64,000 nt of DNA, taken from NCBI GenBank assembly GCA_977862235.1, contig OZ374565.1:2232001-2296000 (forward strand). The letters run 5' to 3'. Of this stretch, positions 10,201-22,969 are shown in pieces. Each line of letters starts with the position of its first letter. The first letter of the stretch is position 1. Made by a program: the position numbers and the translations under genes. Below the pieces are notes generated by a model. That model was not told the DNA's origin. It did not search any database and was given only the letters and a program-made list of their open reading frames with translations. The DNA is from Dudresnaya verticillata (lineage: Eukaryota).

Positions 10201-12998
10201 ACGGGGATGCCAATGACTATCCATCTGCATAGGGAGCATCTAGTTGGCAACTTTGGCCGGTATTCGTTTGTGCCCTGGACAGCAAACAACAATTCTTCAT
10301 GTATATCTCTCTTATCGTATTGGGCTTGTGTAAAGTTGTATTCCTCTTGCCTTCAAACTTTGTGCATACCGTTTTCAACAGGCATGTTGCAACCAAATGC
10401 TTTGTTTTTTCTCTTATGGTGAAGCAACACCGGTCAGGTGCGATGGGCTGCCCATCTTGGGCAGTCATCCCGACGGTACTCCTTGCGCTGCAGATCGGAC
10501 TTTCTCTGCTCTCTGCTTGCTTACGCGACACTACTTGAATAGATTCACAGTAACGATCGCAAGACGCTGCTACAGTCTAAATGGCTTGTCGTAGCCCGCC
10601 GATAGCTGACGAGGTCACACCAAGTCGTCACTCTCTGGACAAGTAAACCGAAATGGAGCAGGGATGGCATTAGAAGCTCTTGAAATTCTAAGCCACACCA
10701 TCCTGTATAACCATGGCGTTTATCAGATCACAGTGTTTGGTGTTGGCAGACCCTCAGGTAGGATGCCTAGATGCCCTGTGACGAAGTTTCGTGTCTCCTG
10801 AAGACATTCCAGAGCACCTTTTCATTCTTCTGCTGCCCGGCAAGAAGCAAAATTGTATTCCCGGGAGCACCTTGCTCCGAGCAAGCACCTGTCTATTTAT
10901 TCTGGTTGTTGTTCTTGGCCTCGGTTGACATCAGCCTGATGCCAACAACAGCTGCTTTTTGGATTCAAATATTCACCTCTCCCCCGTCAAGATTTACTAT
11001 GTCTGAAACTGTTTTGTACTGATTCTCTTCTATTCCAAGCAAAGTCACTTTTATTGCCTAATTTAACTTGCGCGTTGCGTGCTCAAAAATATGGGTCTGA
11101 GTATCATTCTGAGTGAGCTGCCGAATGCAGGGCATAAATCAAATTATGACTCTATTGATGCTTGTTTGCTGCTCTTGGTATCCCCCCATGTCGTGACTCC
11201 ACAACGTGCCTCATCATCACTTGTCTCATGAGGCTCTCATACAAGAGGAACAGTCTCGGCTTCACCTGGATATGATGCTAACCCGTGGAAGTACTGACGA
11301 GCAGAAAAAGAGATATAGCTATGGGTTCAGTCGCAATACTAGAATAATGTTCATGGAGTTAGATATTAGTCTTTTGCATCTCCGGCATTGACCTACGGGT
11401 GCCTATTGGTATCGGGTAACGGTGAAAGTATTTAAGCTGCCCTTGATAACAATAATGGGCTCTTTGAGATCTTCGATCAGCATCAACATATATCCCAACA
11501 TGCATACAAATCTCTCTTGGATTGTAGGAAAATTGGTGTACGTTTTGGAGTAAGAGACCTGTCGACAGCACTTAAAGCTTCAGTGGCCTTTCTTTGAGCA
11601 ACAGTTAAACCAAATTGGGCGCTGTATGTATGCAACAAATGATATCGAGCGCATATGCATATCTCAATGATGAGAGTTGGGTGAATATCTCTGCCGCCCG
11701 AACACATATTATTAAGAAAAACCCCCGGGCAGGCCATGTTACGACTCGTAACTTACGAGCGCTCAGCGCACTCTTCGAGGTACTATAAAATCCTTCCTGT
11801 GTGACGCATATTATTCCCTATATCCGCAGTTTGGGAAACCAGTGCTATTCGTGTATACCGTAGAACAAGTGCAATATCATTAGACGATGTTTAGACAGAT
11901 GGATGAGAGGGAAACAATTTGCATTTGCGTTTTCCGACAATAAATGTCAGAGAGGGAAAAGGACCGAGTTGAGTCTCAGCAATGCGGCAGTGGCTTCCCC
12001 TTGACTTCGGAACGCCCTAGCCACCAGCGGACACTTGCGGTTGCTTGTGCCAACCAAACCGCTCAATACCGGCGCGGGGGAATCGTTTTTGCTGATTTTG
12101 TGCTTTTGTGCGGCTGTTCCTTTTTGGGGCAATTGCGTTTTGCAATCAGTTTTGGCACTCTCCATCATGGGCATCTTCTCCTCCAGCAAGGCTATTCATC
12201 CGCTCTCTTTTTCCAGTGCAGCTGCAATTATGAGTGAAGAGGGACACAAGTAACGCAACCTTATAGCTTCAGCTTCATTTGGTGACTCTCGAAGCTGGCG
12301 AGACTAGACGCCGAGAGTAATCACTATGCAAAGTCGGTTTTGATCTACACATCACCGCCTCTACAAGACACTCCGCAACAGATCTAAAGTTGGGTTGCTT
12401 TTCAAGCTTTGAAAGCTTCTCACCCTGATGCGTACGCACATGCCTCCACTCTCAATTAATAAAGCCCACGGCGAGCAGAAGTTGCGTAATCGAGGCAAAT
12501 GCAGTAGTTGCACATTTATCATCGTTAGCATTGCTAGAGGCTGTGTCCATCACAGCAGTGCCAGTATTCGACATATGTGACGCGACTCTGAAATAAACTG
12601 GACATTGCTACCGTGTGGCTCTAAGTCTCAGGAGCAGTCACAAGCATTCACGTCAACTATTGTTAGCAGCAATGCTGTCAAGTGGCATATGCACCACGAC
12701 TACGGCATACACCCTGCCATTACGTCCTTACTTCCGTCAAACCAAGTTTCAATGTCTTCTATGGTCGAAGGGCCTACCAAATGTTGACCACGCCAGCTTG
12801 TAATCACAAGCTCTTGTTTTTGCGCCTTACAACTCTAAATCTATCCCGCAACACGCAACAATGAAGTTCTTCCAACGCGACGTGTAGAATAACCCAACAC
12901 ATTATTTCTATATAGAATGCTTAGCACCTCCATGAGCTCTGATATTCTCGTCATCAAAAAAAATCTACTCCCCACTTCATTGACGGCGGCCGTGGAAA

Positions 12999-14723
12999 AT
13001 GTTGAAACACCTTCTCCGAACATTATTGCTCTCACTGGTTGCTGTTCTTGTCTTTGCAAAATCCTCTCCGAATCCATTGGAACGCAGGGACAAACTCGTC
13101 CTCCGCATTCCTGTGGTACGCTCCTCAAACTCGTCTGTAATCTCCAATGTCTGCTCCACAGCATCCTCCGCCCTAGACCAACTTTGCTCTCGCAAAATTA
13201 ACATCCCTATTGGGGCCACGGTCGAAACCGAGAAGAAGTGCACCCCGATCCCATGCTGCAGCTACCCATGTGACCAGAAGAAGTGCACGAACAACGTTTG
13301 TACATGGCGCTGCCCGTCGCAGTGTGTGAGCAAGTGCTGTGATTACAAGTGCAGTAGCTGGCTGGGACGCTGTTATGGTTGCCGTGCCGACAAGTGTGGC
13401 GAAATCTGTATCCCTTGCTCCGGAGCATCCAAGCAACACTGTGGCGAAACATGTATAGATGTTCCTTGCACGGGATGCGTCCCTGGTAAATGTGGATCGG
13501 CATGTGTAATTGTGCCAGTTGCTCTCAAGATTCAGTACAAAACGGTCACTCCGTGCGATCTAATCCCGGCGACCTTGGTGGAGACGGCAATCAAGACGTG
13601 CCCATGCTTGACGCTGCTGAAAAACTTTTTGGTGATCCCGCGAGGTACCGGACCATACTTCATTGCGCTCGCCGAAGTAGTAGAGTGCATAGTACAAAAG
13701 GGATTCAGTGTCGACTCCAATGAGGACGAAGTTGTGGCCTCCTTGGACGACGGAGATGATCATGTCATTCTTGCCCCAGACATCGGACTGAAGCTATATG
13801 CAAGCACTGCTGGTGCTGCCATCGGGTGTGCGGCCGCTGGGACTTGTGATTCTATTGCATATATTTATCTGGACTACTTCAAGAAAGTAGGTACAACAAT
13901 AGGCGACGGTATTCTGGATTTCGTCAATGATTTCTTCATCGGACGAGTCACGAATATGGTTGAGAAGCAGTATCAGGACCTGTCATTGTCCATCAAGGAG
14001 TTGCCAGGCAAAGTAACACTAGCAATAGACGAGTGCTCTGAATCTCTACCCGCAGCGGTGATTAAGGAAGGAGTAGCAGCTCTTGAAAGCTTCCAAGATG
14101 ATTTTACCCAAATCGTTACTAGAGCAGAAGAATTCAAGGCGAAGACTACAGGGTTTGTGGCTGGATTCAAAGACATTTTGGATCTACTGGGCAAAGACTA
14201 CGAGGATCACGTGTTAGACCTACTCACGAAAGGAACTGTACCAAACCTATCTGACTCTGTTGAATTTATCAAGGACGCTCGTGAGCTCAAGGATCATGTA
14301 GATGCTTTTGGGGCCCTGCTATCTGATGTGAAGACTGGTTTTAGCAACGTTGAGAGGTTTGGCGCTGCCGTGGACAACGTCATAGACGCTCTGTCGATGA
14401 GCCAGGAAGTGTGCAAGGAAAAGGTGCTTAAGCCCTTTCAGGATATCCTGTCCATCAAGAACGAAGCACAGAGTGCACTAGGAAGTCTGATGAAGATCGA
14501 GGTAGGTGAGAATACTATTGTTGGTGGGTTTGCTACTTACCAGAACACGATTGATATTTCAGTCGATCTACCTTGTTCGAAGACTTCAAAGAAGTCGTTT
14601 TCGATTTCTGGGTTGAGCGGTGTGAGTTTGCCTTACCCTGAGTTTTACGCTTGCTCGTATGGAACCACAGTGAAGTTTAATGAGCACATCCCGTATCTTC
14701 GACTGAAGAACCTCAAGTTGTAG
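12999..14723 (+). CDS. Hypothetical secreted protein with Cys-rich N-terminal domain and helical C-terminal region (574 aa)
   Basis: Long ATG-initiated ORF with a signal peptide (MLKHLLRTLLLSLVAVLVFA), a dense Cys cluster at about aa 75-170, and an amphipathic helical C-terminal half. Confidence 0.85.
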   Translation: MLKHLLRTLLLSLVAVLVFAKSSPNPLERRDKLVLRIPVVRSSNSSVISNVCSTASSALDQLCSRKINIPIGATVETEKKCTPIPCCSYPCDQKKCTNNVCTWRCPSQCVSKCCDYKCSSWLGRCYGCRADKCGEICIPCSGASKQHCGETCIDVPCTGCVPGKCGSACVIVPVALKIQYKTVTPCDLIPATLVETAIKTCPCLTLLKNFLVIPRGTGPYFIALAEVVECIVQKGFSVDSNEDEVVASLDDGDDHVILAPDIGLKLYASTAGAAIGCAAAGTCDSIAYIYLDYFKKVGTTIGDGILDFVNDFFIGRVTNMVEKQYQDLSLSIKELPGKVTLAIDECSESLPAAVIKEGVAALESFQDDFTQIVTRAEEFKAKTTGFVAGFKDILDLLGKDYEDHVLDLLTKGTVPNLSDSVEFIKDARELKDHVDAFGALLSDVKTGFSNVERFGAAVDNVIDALSMSQEVCKEKVLKPFQDILSIKNEAQSALGSLMKIEVGENTIVGGFATYQNTIDISVDLPCSKTSKKSFSISGLSGVSLPYPEFYACSYGTTVKFNEHIPYLRLKNLKL

Positions 14724-16522
14724 CTCAGTGTGAATGTCTGAACATACAGAAACCGAAAAATGCAACTGCGTTCGCACTGATCGATATTACACCTATTTGA
14801 ATGCACTATTCGTATCCTTGACTCTGCAGTCCAGAGATTTAGACGTTGTCTGCTTGCAGTGTTTCAACTTTAAACTACCTGCGGAGGTATAATATTACTT
14901 CGCGCTGTTCATTTAATATTGTATTGCTTCGTGTCTAATACTCCAGCACTGGTTTGAACCACTTGTGCAAAAATCCTCCTCTCTTTGTTAGAACCCAAAC
15001 CCTCTCACTTTGTTCGCTTGTTTATTTGTTCCTTGCTATTGACTCAGTGTAGCAGACGCCGGGCTGGTAAGACCAACATCAAGAAAACGCGTAGAGTTTT
15101 CCCCAGTAATCCGTTTCAAAGAGGAAGGAATTCGCCCCCAATCAGTTGAGTAATTCTACGAGACTGAAGAGAGATAGAGAGATATATTCACCTCGTACAC
15201 TCGCCATTTATCTCATGTGTCCACTACTCAAGTTAACTCCTTGTCATAAAAAGAAACCACAGAGCGCCTTCACAAGCATGACGTCAATTTTGTTTTTGAC
15301 TATTCGCTATTTTCGAGGTACGGTCTGGCAGTGATGGGCTGCTGTCCGATGGGGGGGGGGCGGAAATCAGAGAAGCTCCAAGGAAATGTCGAAGGGTGAC
15401 CCGATGTTGGGATTTAAGGATGTGTTTGGAGCCCATCCCAGCTTTGCACAAAACATGAAAGAACCACACGTGTAGCAAAAAGTGAACGGCTATGGGCGGA
15501 AGTCCTCTCTCACAGAATTTAAGGCAGCATTAGTGCTTCATTGGTAGTGGTGAAGCCGCAAAGAGCACTCAGATTGTTTGACAAGTTTCGAACAGCAAAG
15601 TCCGCTCAGTAAGACGCAAGCATGGTCAGTAGGGCGAGAAGGTGAGCCAGCAAACAAGTACCGTTTGGGAGAAACAGTTCTGCGAAATGCGCATCGCAGC
15701 GCGCTTACTCTGGATACAGGCCCAAAGCGAGCTATTCAGCCGAGGATCCTTAGCAGCTGTGAAGTAGAGGAAGACGAGACGTGGGATCTGCTATGCATTA
15801 ATTCCCTCGCAAGATTAAAAATCTAAACGACGACGATTGATATTCAGAGAAGTACGATGTGAGACTTGGCAGCTAATCTTTGTGAAGAGGGCGTCATGTT
15901 CTGGAGAGGAAGGAGACGGTACCACGGCGAGCAGCAATGAACAGATTGCGCACATCTTTCGGCAGGACTCTGCCCTCGTCACATCTATAGGAGAGACATC
16001 CTCTCCACCCAACATGTTTCACAACACTTGCAAGTCATGCAGCAGTATCCAGCAGCTAGCGCTGATTGCCTGCTATTGCAACCCTTTGTGTCATACAAAA
16101 CAAGCGAAGTAAGGCGGGGATGAGAAGGATGAGCTTCTTGGCGGTAGAAGATGTGCCCTTTCGAACAGCCGTGAAACTGGCTATGCGCTGAAATAAAAAA
16201 GGACTGAGTCTGCAACAAGTCATCGCCCCATGTTAGCTTCCACAGAGTTTTGTTGCAGGCATTAGTGCATCAGGGTTTGTCTCGCAAGTAATTAAATCAT
16301 GAAATCAATGAGTAGCGTGTATCCTTCAGAAGGGTATCTCCTGACTCACTGCGCCCTTCCATCTTGCTACCCAGCGAGTCAGTTCAGGCATGATAAAAGG
16401 CACTGCCGGCGATTGCTGCTCTACTGTTACGACGAAAATGTCTCAGCAACGCAAGAATTGTCTCTGCTTCCCCACTCACCATTCTATATCGACACACCAC
16501 CCCTTCCCATCTACTCCCTGCG

Positions 16523-17383
16523 ATGCCGGGTCGTTTGCCAAGAAGCGAGGTAGTCTGCTTCAAGAAACATCGGCTGAGGTACAACGAGTGGTCATGCTTC
16601 AGTCCGCCAGTAGAGACTGCCCGAGTTGAAAACTACAGCGGAATCGCAGTGTATCGCATCCGTGCCCACTGCTTTGGCTGGTTCGCCAACATAAAAGAAC
16701 TGGACAAGACTGCATATTTCGTAGTGACATCTGAACACAGAATGTTCACCTATGGCGGCAGCCGCACAGTGAAATCTGTTCGCACTGGAGAGGTTTTAGA
16801 CACTACGTTTGCCACATTTCGGAAGACAGGTAAGCAGGTTCAGACACCCACTGGAATCAAGAACTTGTACGCTTTTGTCAACCTTGGGCCAGTGCCAATG
16901 GCGTTTGGAGACAGACTGATCGATGGCTCAAAAGGGTCGGAGATGGCAGTGCCGATTTGCCAGGCGGCAGAGTGGGGTGAGTACGATGGACAGTACGCCG
17001 CGTTTGGTCATGAGATTCTTGTTGCGGTGCACGAGACAATTGTCGACAATGAGGCTATGTTTGGGTTGAATTTGCATCTAGCCGCCCAAATTGAGCGAAT
17101 GCACTTTCCTCGGCGTTGGCATCCCCGGTTCATTACGAGGTCTTTCAAAAAGCTTGAGCAGAGAAAGCTGACAATTAAAAACATCAAGGAAGCATACGGA
17201 CCGCTGGTGGAGGCCTATTTGGAAAGCGATGAAGCTCGTGCCTTGATACGGCCAATACATTCCGATGACCTGATGGAAATTGCAGCAAAGATGCACGCAA
17301 CACGCCAGGATCGAAGAGATGGTTGCGTGTCCGCCTTAATATCAGCTGTCGTTAGTGTGGCCTGTATCTTCATCCCGATTTAA
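16523..17383 (+). CDS. Hypothetical protein, possibly a degenerate class III nucleotide-cyclase-like fold with a C-terminal hydrophobic anchor; true start unclear
   Basis: 286-codon ORF with protein-like composition. FANIKELD, FGDRLI and VAVHE...MFGLNLHLAAQIE resemble cyclase motifs by eye. Hydrophobic C-terminal tail. Confidence 0.55.
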   Translation: MPGRLPRSEVVCFKKHRLRYNEWSCFSPPVETARVENYSGIAVYRIRAHCFGWFANIKELDKTAYFVVTSEHRMFTYGGSRTVKSVRTGEVLDTTFATFRKTGKQVQTPTGIKNLYAFVNLGPVPMAFGDRLIDGSKGSEMAVPICQAAEWGEYDGQYAAFGHEILVAVHETIVDNEAMFGLNLHLAAQIERMHFPRRWHPRFITRSFKKLEQRKLTIKNIKEAYGPLVEAYLESDEARALIRPIHSDDLMEIAAKMHATRQDRRDGCVSALISAVVSVACIFIPI

Positions 17384-20300
17384 GTGTCATGTACATCCTT
17401 GTATCGGAATGAAACTGGTGCAGAAATGGAATTGGGGACTCTACCCTGTCCGATGTATGACGGGTGCTGGTTAACAGAAAGACAGTCCGCCAATTATCGC
17501 GACGCGTCAGGATACGGCCATGCATGTTGAAGGAATGAGAACACACTAAGGAACCCATGGCGAAAGTTAAACAATTCTGCCGCGTGCGGGAGCCATTCGA
17601 CGATGTGTTGAGCCGTGGGGAGATGATGTTTCATTTGATGTTGTTAACTTGGCTAATCCTCACACCTCTCATTGCGATAGTCGAGAGGCGTTCTACTTCG
17701 TTTACATAAGTTGTTCTTGCTACAGCCGCAATACGTTCTTCTCGTCTCGAGACGAGTCTCGGGCATTAAATGGCAGTAGACATTTCGATATGAGCAAGAG
17801 AAAACGGGGATTGTGGTCGCACATTCTTCAAGAGGGGCAACTGTTATGTTGCTTCTCTCTAGGGTATGAGGATAATCGTATCATATCCCAGGCTATAACC
17901 TGCCCTTGCCCTTGCGTGAACCATGTGATCTGATAACAACTATTGCTCTTTTCAAAACGATGCAGCCGGGAGGAAGTTCACTGTTACAAGACCGTTTGTT
18001 TTATTCAAACCCAAACTTGTTATTTATCCTACGCTAGCTCCGTATTTTGGCGTTATGGGTGAATCGCCTTCCCTCTTAGTTTTGCTGATCTCGTGAATAA
18101 AATTCCGCTTCTCTCTCTTAGTTCATGTGACAGTGCCAAAGCTCTGAAGCCGATGCGGTTCGTAAGTATCTGGTTGGAGGCGAAGAAGGGAACTGAAGGC
18201 TGCTTGGAGCATACGGTTCTTCCCACCGTTGTATGAATATGTTATCAGTATGGAAAGATTTGTATTAGGGCCATTTCTAAGAAGCCTGCTGCAGACTTGA
18301 ATAATATTGTATGCAGCAAACGTGGAAACGTTTCAACGTTTTTTTGCATTGCGGCGGTCACGGATCTCCGCACTGTACGTTACTGTAATGTTTTTCGATT
18401 CGAAGCTTTGACCTGACCTGTTCTGCTCTGCAACTGCCACTGCGCCGGCATCACACCTGCCCACCTTCCCACCGACTGTGCCTCGCCGCGTAAAGCCCAG
18501 CTGCAACTTCCTATGTCGCCATCCTACCTGCATCGCAGCGGAGATTCCTTCCGGCTCGAGCGCTTCCGAACATACCCAGCCGACATCGCTACACAGCAAC
18601 CGCGTTAGTGGAAGATCATTCCCAGGTAACCAGCGTCTGCATCGAAACTTTCTTCGCTTGCTGCTTCCCCAATTGCCCCGCAGTTGCTGCATAGCTTGCC
18701 TGCGCTTTTCCCGCATGTGGAAGCACATCTGTTCCTCCTAGGCACTTTCGAAGCTCTACCACCGCCGCATGCCACATCGCACGGTGTTTCAACTCAACAT
18801 TGAACCGTGAGCGTTTTCATCGGTTTTGATGACCGCACTCCACTTTGCTCGTACAGGCGGGGATTGAACGTTGGGTTTTCAAGTAGAGCGCGTCTGCGGA
18901 CACGTGCTCCACCTTCTGAAGGCGATTCCAGATTGGCATCAATGTACCTGAGCCCGTGCGTTGCTCTCGGCGTTACTCAAACCGTGTTCTTCGATCCCGT
19001 CAAACAAGAACGCCTCACTCGGTTCGATACTGCATTACCTTTCTTCCTTCGCCAGGAGGCGGTTGTGTGGGATGCTAGCGCGCTTTCGCATCGTAACTAG
19101 AGCCGTTGAAACCGGAAGCGATGCTTGGTCGCGCGGCACGGAACCAGGGCTAGCTTCGCTTTCTGGCGCCACAGTTCGTTTGCGAAACTCGCGTGGGGCG
19201 TGAATACCGTCGCGACAAGACCTACAGGATCTTTGCCAGCTCATTCACTTCTAATAAGTAAACCGCGTTGCAAGGGGACCAGACTGTTACCAGTAATATG
19301 TTCAACACCGCCAGTGCGGTAGCTATAAGAAACATTCTACAAACCGCTGCCGAGCTGTGATGTGTCAGATGCCTGTGATGGTTGTGATGGTCCATCACTG
19401 ATGGATGGCTACTGTCGGGCAATATCTCCGTTATGGCTTGTGGGAGTAGCGTCATGATGCCAGCTCGCTGCTATAGCACTCTAACAAGTGAGTTCATAAG
19501 ATGACGATGCAGGGCTTTACGAGTTCATAAGCGACCATCAACGGTGCAGCGAGGACCTGTTGCCAAACATGAGGCATTGGCCACTCCTGCGCGACTGTAG
19601 AATTCACGTGCAGACTGGTCTGCAGTCGGAAGCCCACTGCAGGGACACAACGGTGGGACCCCATTACCCTCACGACCCAGGTGTATCAATCTCCATCATG
19701 CGAGTCTGTTTGGTCTTTTGTACGCTAGTCGTTCGGATGGTTGCAAGTCCTGTTTTCATTATTGTACGCTGCCTTTTACATCGCAGGTTTTAGGACCTAG
19801 ACTGGGTGCATCCAGTCGACTGTTGACCAAGTACAGGCTCAAGAAAAGCTGGGATCTGCCAGCTGGCTATGATTTGCCAAGAAAGTCCCACTACCCACGC
19901 CTCCAGCTCTGTTTCTACATTTTTCGTTCTCAATGGTGGTAAGATTGTCGAGAAAATATCTCACGCCAATCGTGACGGCTCTGTTGCATCCATTATTGCA
20001 GAAATGCTTCACACTTGTGCGAGGCCTCCTTGCCTTACTGATGACCGTCACTCCGTGACGCAAGGGGTGAGGGTTCGTTGTGAATCTCCCAGAAAGATAA
20101 TCATAGACACGATGTATTACATATGCAGCTACTACAAATGTATGTGAAATCCCCAGGCGATGATCAACTGGAAGGTTAATAAAGGTACCGTGTCCCAAAG
20201 GGGCTTTTGCGGCTAATCTTCAAACGCATTAAACGCATCGCTTGGGTTGGGCCAGGCGCCCAAAATCTCGTTTATATTCGTAACGTAAATTAAAGAAACG

Positions 20301-21130
20301 CCCGAGGGGGCATATTGCGTAGGCTCCACGAGTAGGGAGCGTCGCGGCGCAACACCAAGCAAGCCAGCCATGGAGGTCGCGCGTAGCAACTTTTTGTTTG
20401 CGTGTGCGTGCTGGAAGTCTACCTCTGACAGAGGGAGTTCAATATAGACGGATGGCTGCTTTTAAAGGGGCTAACGGCGAGGCTACTCTAGGTCTCATGA
20501 AACGAGGTGTGATTCGACGCCAGCACTTGCATCCGTTTCGTGCTGGTAGTTAGACCCTTTCCCAGGGTTGCTTTTTAGATTGTATACACTGTATGAGCAG
20601 CATGTCACGCTCAACTCCAGATCGCACTCGAGATACCCTCACATACAGTACGACATACGAACGGGGCAGGGCAAATTGTAACACAAATCTGTCTCTTCGA
20701 CAAGAAGATCTTTGATCGGTATATTCCACATGCACCAAGCCTCGCATAGCTCACAAAAGTCGACCAGGCTGGAAGCAAAGCCAATCATATGCACGGAGAA
20801 AAGCTGCTTCTACGAAGTTGCACAACAAATGCTGGTCTACTGCAACATCGACAAACCGTGCCAGTCGTTTTCTGCCCCTACTGACCAAGTGATACAATAA
20901 CGGCACGGAAGTACTTGCGGGAGCAACTGCAATCTCTATGGAAGCAAAGCGGTTCACCATGAAACAATAGAACTTGCTATGCGACAGGTATCCAAAAACG
21001 CACAGAATCGTAGGACAACCCTGACTTTATCAAATCCTGAAGCTCGTTTGTCAAAGCTACCTCGACTGGTGCGGGCACGAAAGGGAATGGGAAACAACTG
21101 TATCGTCTAGCATTCAGCAAGCAAGCATGG

Positions 21131-22969
21131 CTAGCAATTGCAACACTGTTTTTGACCAGCCATACGCCGCGCCTTGACTTTCTCAATGCATGTCGTTACA
21201 GCAGACCTCGACCTTCTCCCTGGCTTCTCAATCTCATTGCTAATAGCGTGGAACAAGATATTTGTGCTCATCCTCATGTCCGATATAGGAGCACCTTCTC
21301 CAATTCCATGGTAGTTGATAGGGGGGCCAAGATCCGGTGCCATCAGTGGTCCAACCCCTAGCAAGAAAACGTAACCTTTCGCGTCAGTACCACCGCCGAT
21401 GGCATACCTCGGGGGCCTGAAGCCTCGAACAGCTTCATAGGCTGCTTCTACTTTCTGGAAACTCTCATTGCTGTCAGGAATTCGAATATCCGGAGCAAAC
21501 ATCGTCTTGGTTAAGAAGCTCACCTCCGGCATTCCCCGGTTCTGTTTGTTGAAGTCATTCACCAGCGTTTTGAACACTCCCTGAAATATGCTGTTCTTTC
21601 CTTCCAGAAACCCCTCCGTGAACCCGTCCCATTGTTTCTCGTGGTGCGGGATAGCGTACCGAATGTCAACTTCTAGAGTTAGTACGTTTTCTTCGTCTCT
21701 GGAAACTTTGGTGACAGCATATGTCGTACCATTGCCACCCTCCACGAACACTTCATCAAACCCAACCAGTGCCTCGTGAGGTTCCCCAAAAACATAGGTG
21801 CCCCACATCCATTTAACGAACGAAACTAGGCTTCCCTCAGCATTTGTCCCTAGTTGTCCAGTAGCAACAAGTCCGGCCAGGAAGTTCGCTAGTGATACCA
21901 GCGGATTCGCCCCTTCCTCACGATTCTGTTCAGGAGCGGACCCGTGCTGTGCCCCTGCTACTTCCGTTCGCAATGTCACTGCGGTTACTTGTCCTCCCTC
22001 CGTGCTTGAGGTAGACGTGAGACTGGCCGGAATGTACTTCGGATCATCAAAGGCATGGTGTTGATACAAATCATCCACAGCAGCAGAGAACTCTGCTAGC
22101 GCATCGGGATCCCCGTTCACAACAGCCTCAGCCCAGTCTGGGATCGTATTTGCAGAATTATTCGGGGACGTCACAAGGGAGCCGATGAAAAGGGGTCCAG
22201 AAGGATCAACATCAGGAACCTGAAACTTTGGGCGTTCACAACCCTTTTCAGCGCGCACGCACCATTGGGCATCGTAAACGATTCCGAAGTCCGGCTTCTT
22301 TGTCGTAGGGTCTTCTAAGTAGTGCGGAGTAGACATGGCGGTTTCCTCCGATGTGTCGAAAAGCATCTCAACTTGGGTGTTGTGGAGAAACGTGGAGTCC
22401 TGATACTTCATCGCAAGAGCTCTGGCAGCAATAAAAGCCGAGGCTGCAGGTCCCTTATCATCTATGCATCCCCTTCCTACTAGGAATTCTTGAGGTGAAG
22501 CAGTACTGCCCGGGGCATCGTAGTCTCGCTCCTCTTTGCTTGGCACAAACGGTCCCCAATTGTCGCCTTCGTTTGCTGGAACGGTATCAAGGTGACAGAT
22601 AATGGCCAGTTTGTTTTCAGCCTTAGGAGAACCAAAACGGAATCCGAAGACCCAGTAGTCCGAAGCACGACATTCTTCATCAGAAGGGCTAGTGGTGGAG
22701 ATCAAGTCTTCTGATTCTATCGGTTCTATAGCACCCTCCTTAACCTTTGCACACCATTGAAACCCAGTGAACTGCGCTTTTTCAGTGAGGTGTTGGTTGA
22801 AGTCCTTGGCTCGTTTGTTGAGAAACTCTCGGATATGGATCAAGCGGTTGTTGACGTCTGTATTTGGGATACTTGGATCCCGATATGTCTGAATTTTGCA
22901 CATCTCGGTGGTCTCTGACACCCAAAGGGAGTTGAACAAGTCCTCCGGACTTTTCTGACTAACGGCCAT
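21131..22969 (-). CDS. M20 family metallopeptidase (PepV/dipeptidase-like), probable start MAVSQK
   Basis: HLDTVP, GRGCIDDKGP, TSEE, YD, QHGSAPE..GAN, IGGGTDAK and NYHGIGE are the M20 metal-binding and catalytic motifs, in order. Confidence 0.9.
   Translation of the reverse strand: MAVSQKSPEDLFNSLWVSETTEMCKIQTYRDPSIPNTDVNNRLIHIREFLNKRAKDFNQHLTEKAQFTGFQWCAKVKEGAIEPIESEDLISTTSPSDEECRASDYWVFGFRFGSPKAENKLAIICHLDTVPANEGDNWGPFVPSKEERDYDAPGSTASPQEFLVGRGCIDDKGPAASAFIAARALAMKYQDSTFLHNTQVEMLFDTSEETAMSTPHYLEDPTTKKPDFGIVYDAQWCVRAEKGCERPKFQVPDVDPSGPLFIGSLVTSPNNSANTIPDWAEAVVNGDPDALAEFSAAVDDLYQHHAFDDPKYIPASLTSTSSTEGGQVTAVTLRTEVAGAQHGSAPEQNREEGANPLVSLANFLAGLVATGQLGTNAEGSLVSFVKWMWGTYVFGEPHEALVGFDEVFVEGGNGTTYAVTKVSRDEENVLTLEVDIRYAIPHHEKQWDGFTEGFLEGKNSIFQGVFKTLVNDFNKQNRGMPEVSFLTKTMFAPDIRIPDSNESFQKVEAAYEAVRGFRPPRYAIGGGTDAKGYVFLLGVGPLMAPDLGPPINYHGIGEGAPISDMRMSTNILFHAISNEIEKPGRRSRSAVTTCIEKVKARRMAGQKQCCNC

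Noticed and set aside
18400..19900. Possible highly decayed CRE-like relic (PSGSSAS; PPSEGDSRLASMYLSPCVALGV)
   Set aside because: Only faint by-eye similarity to RT segments; cannot be supported without an alignment.
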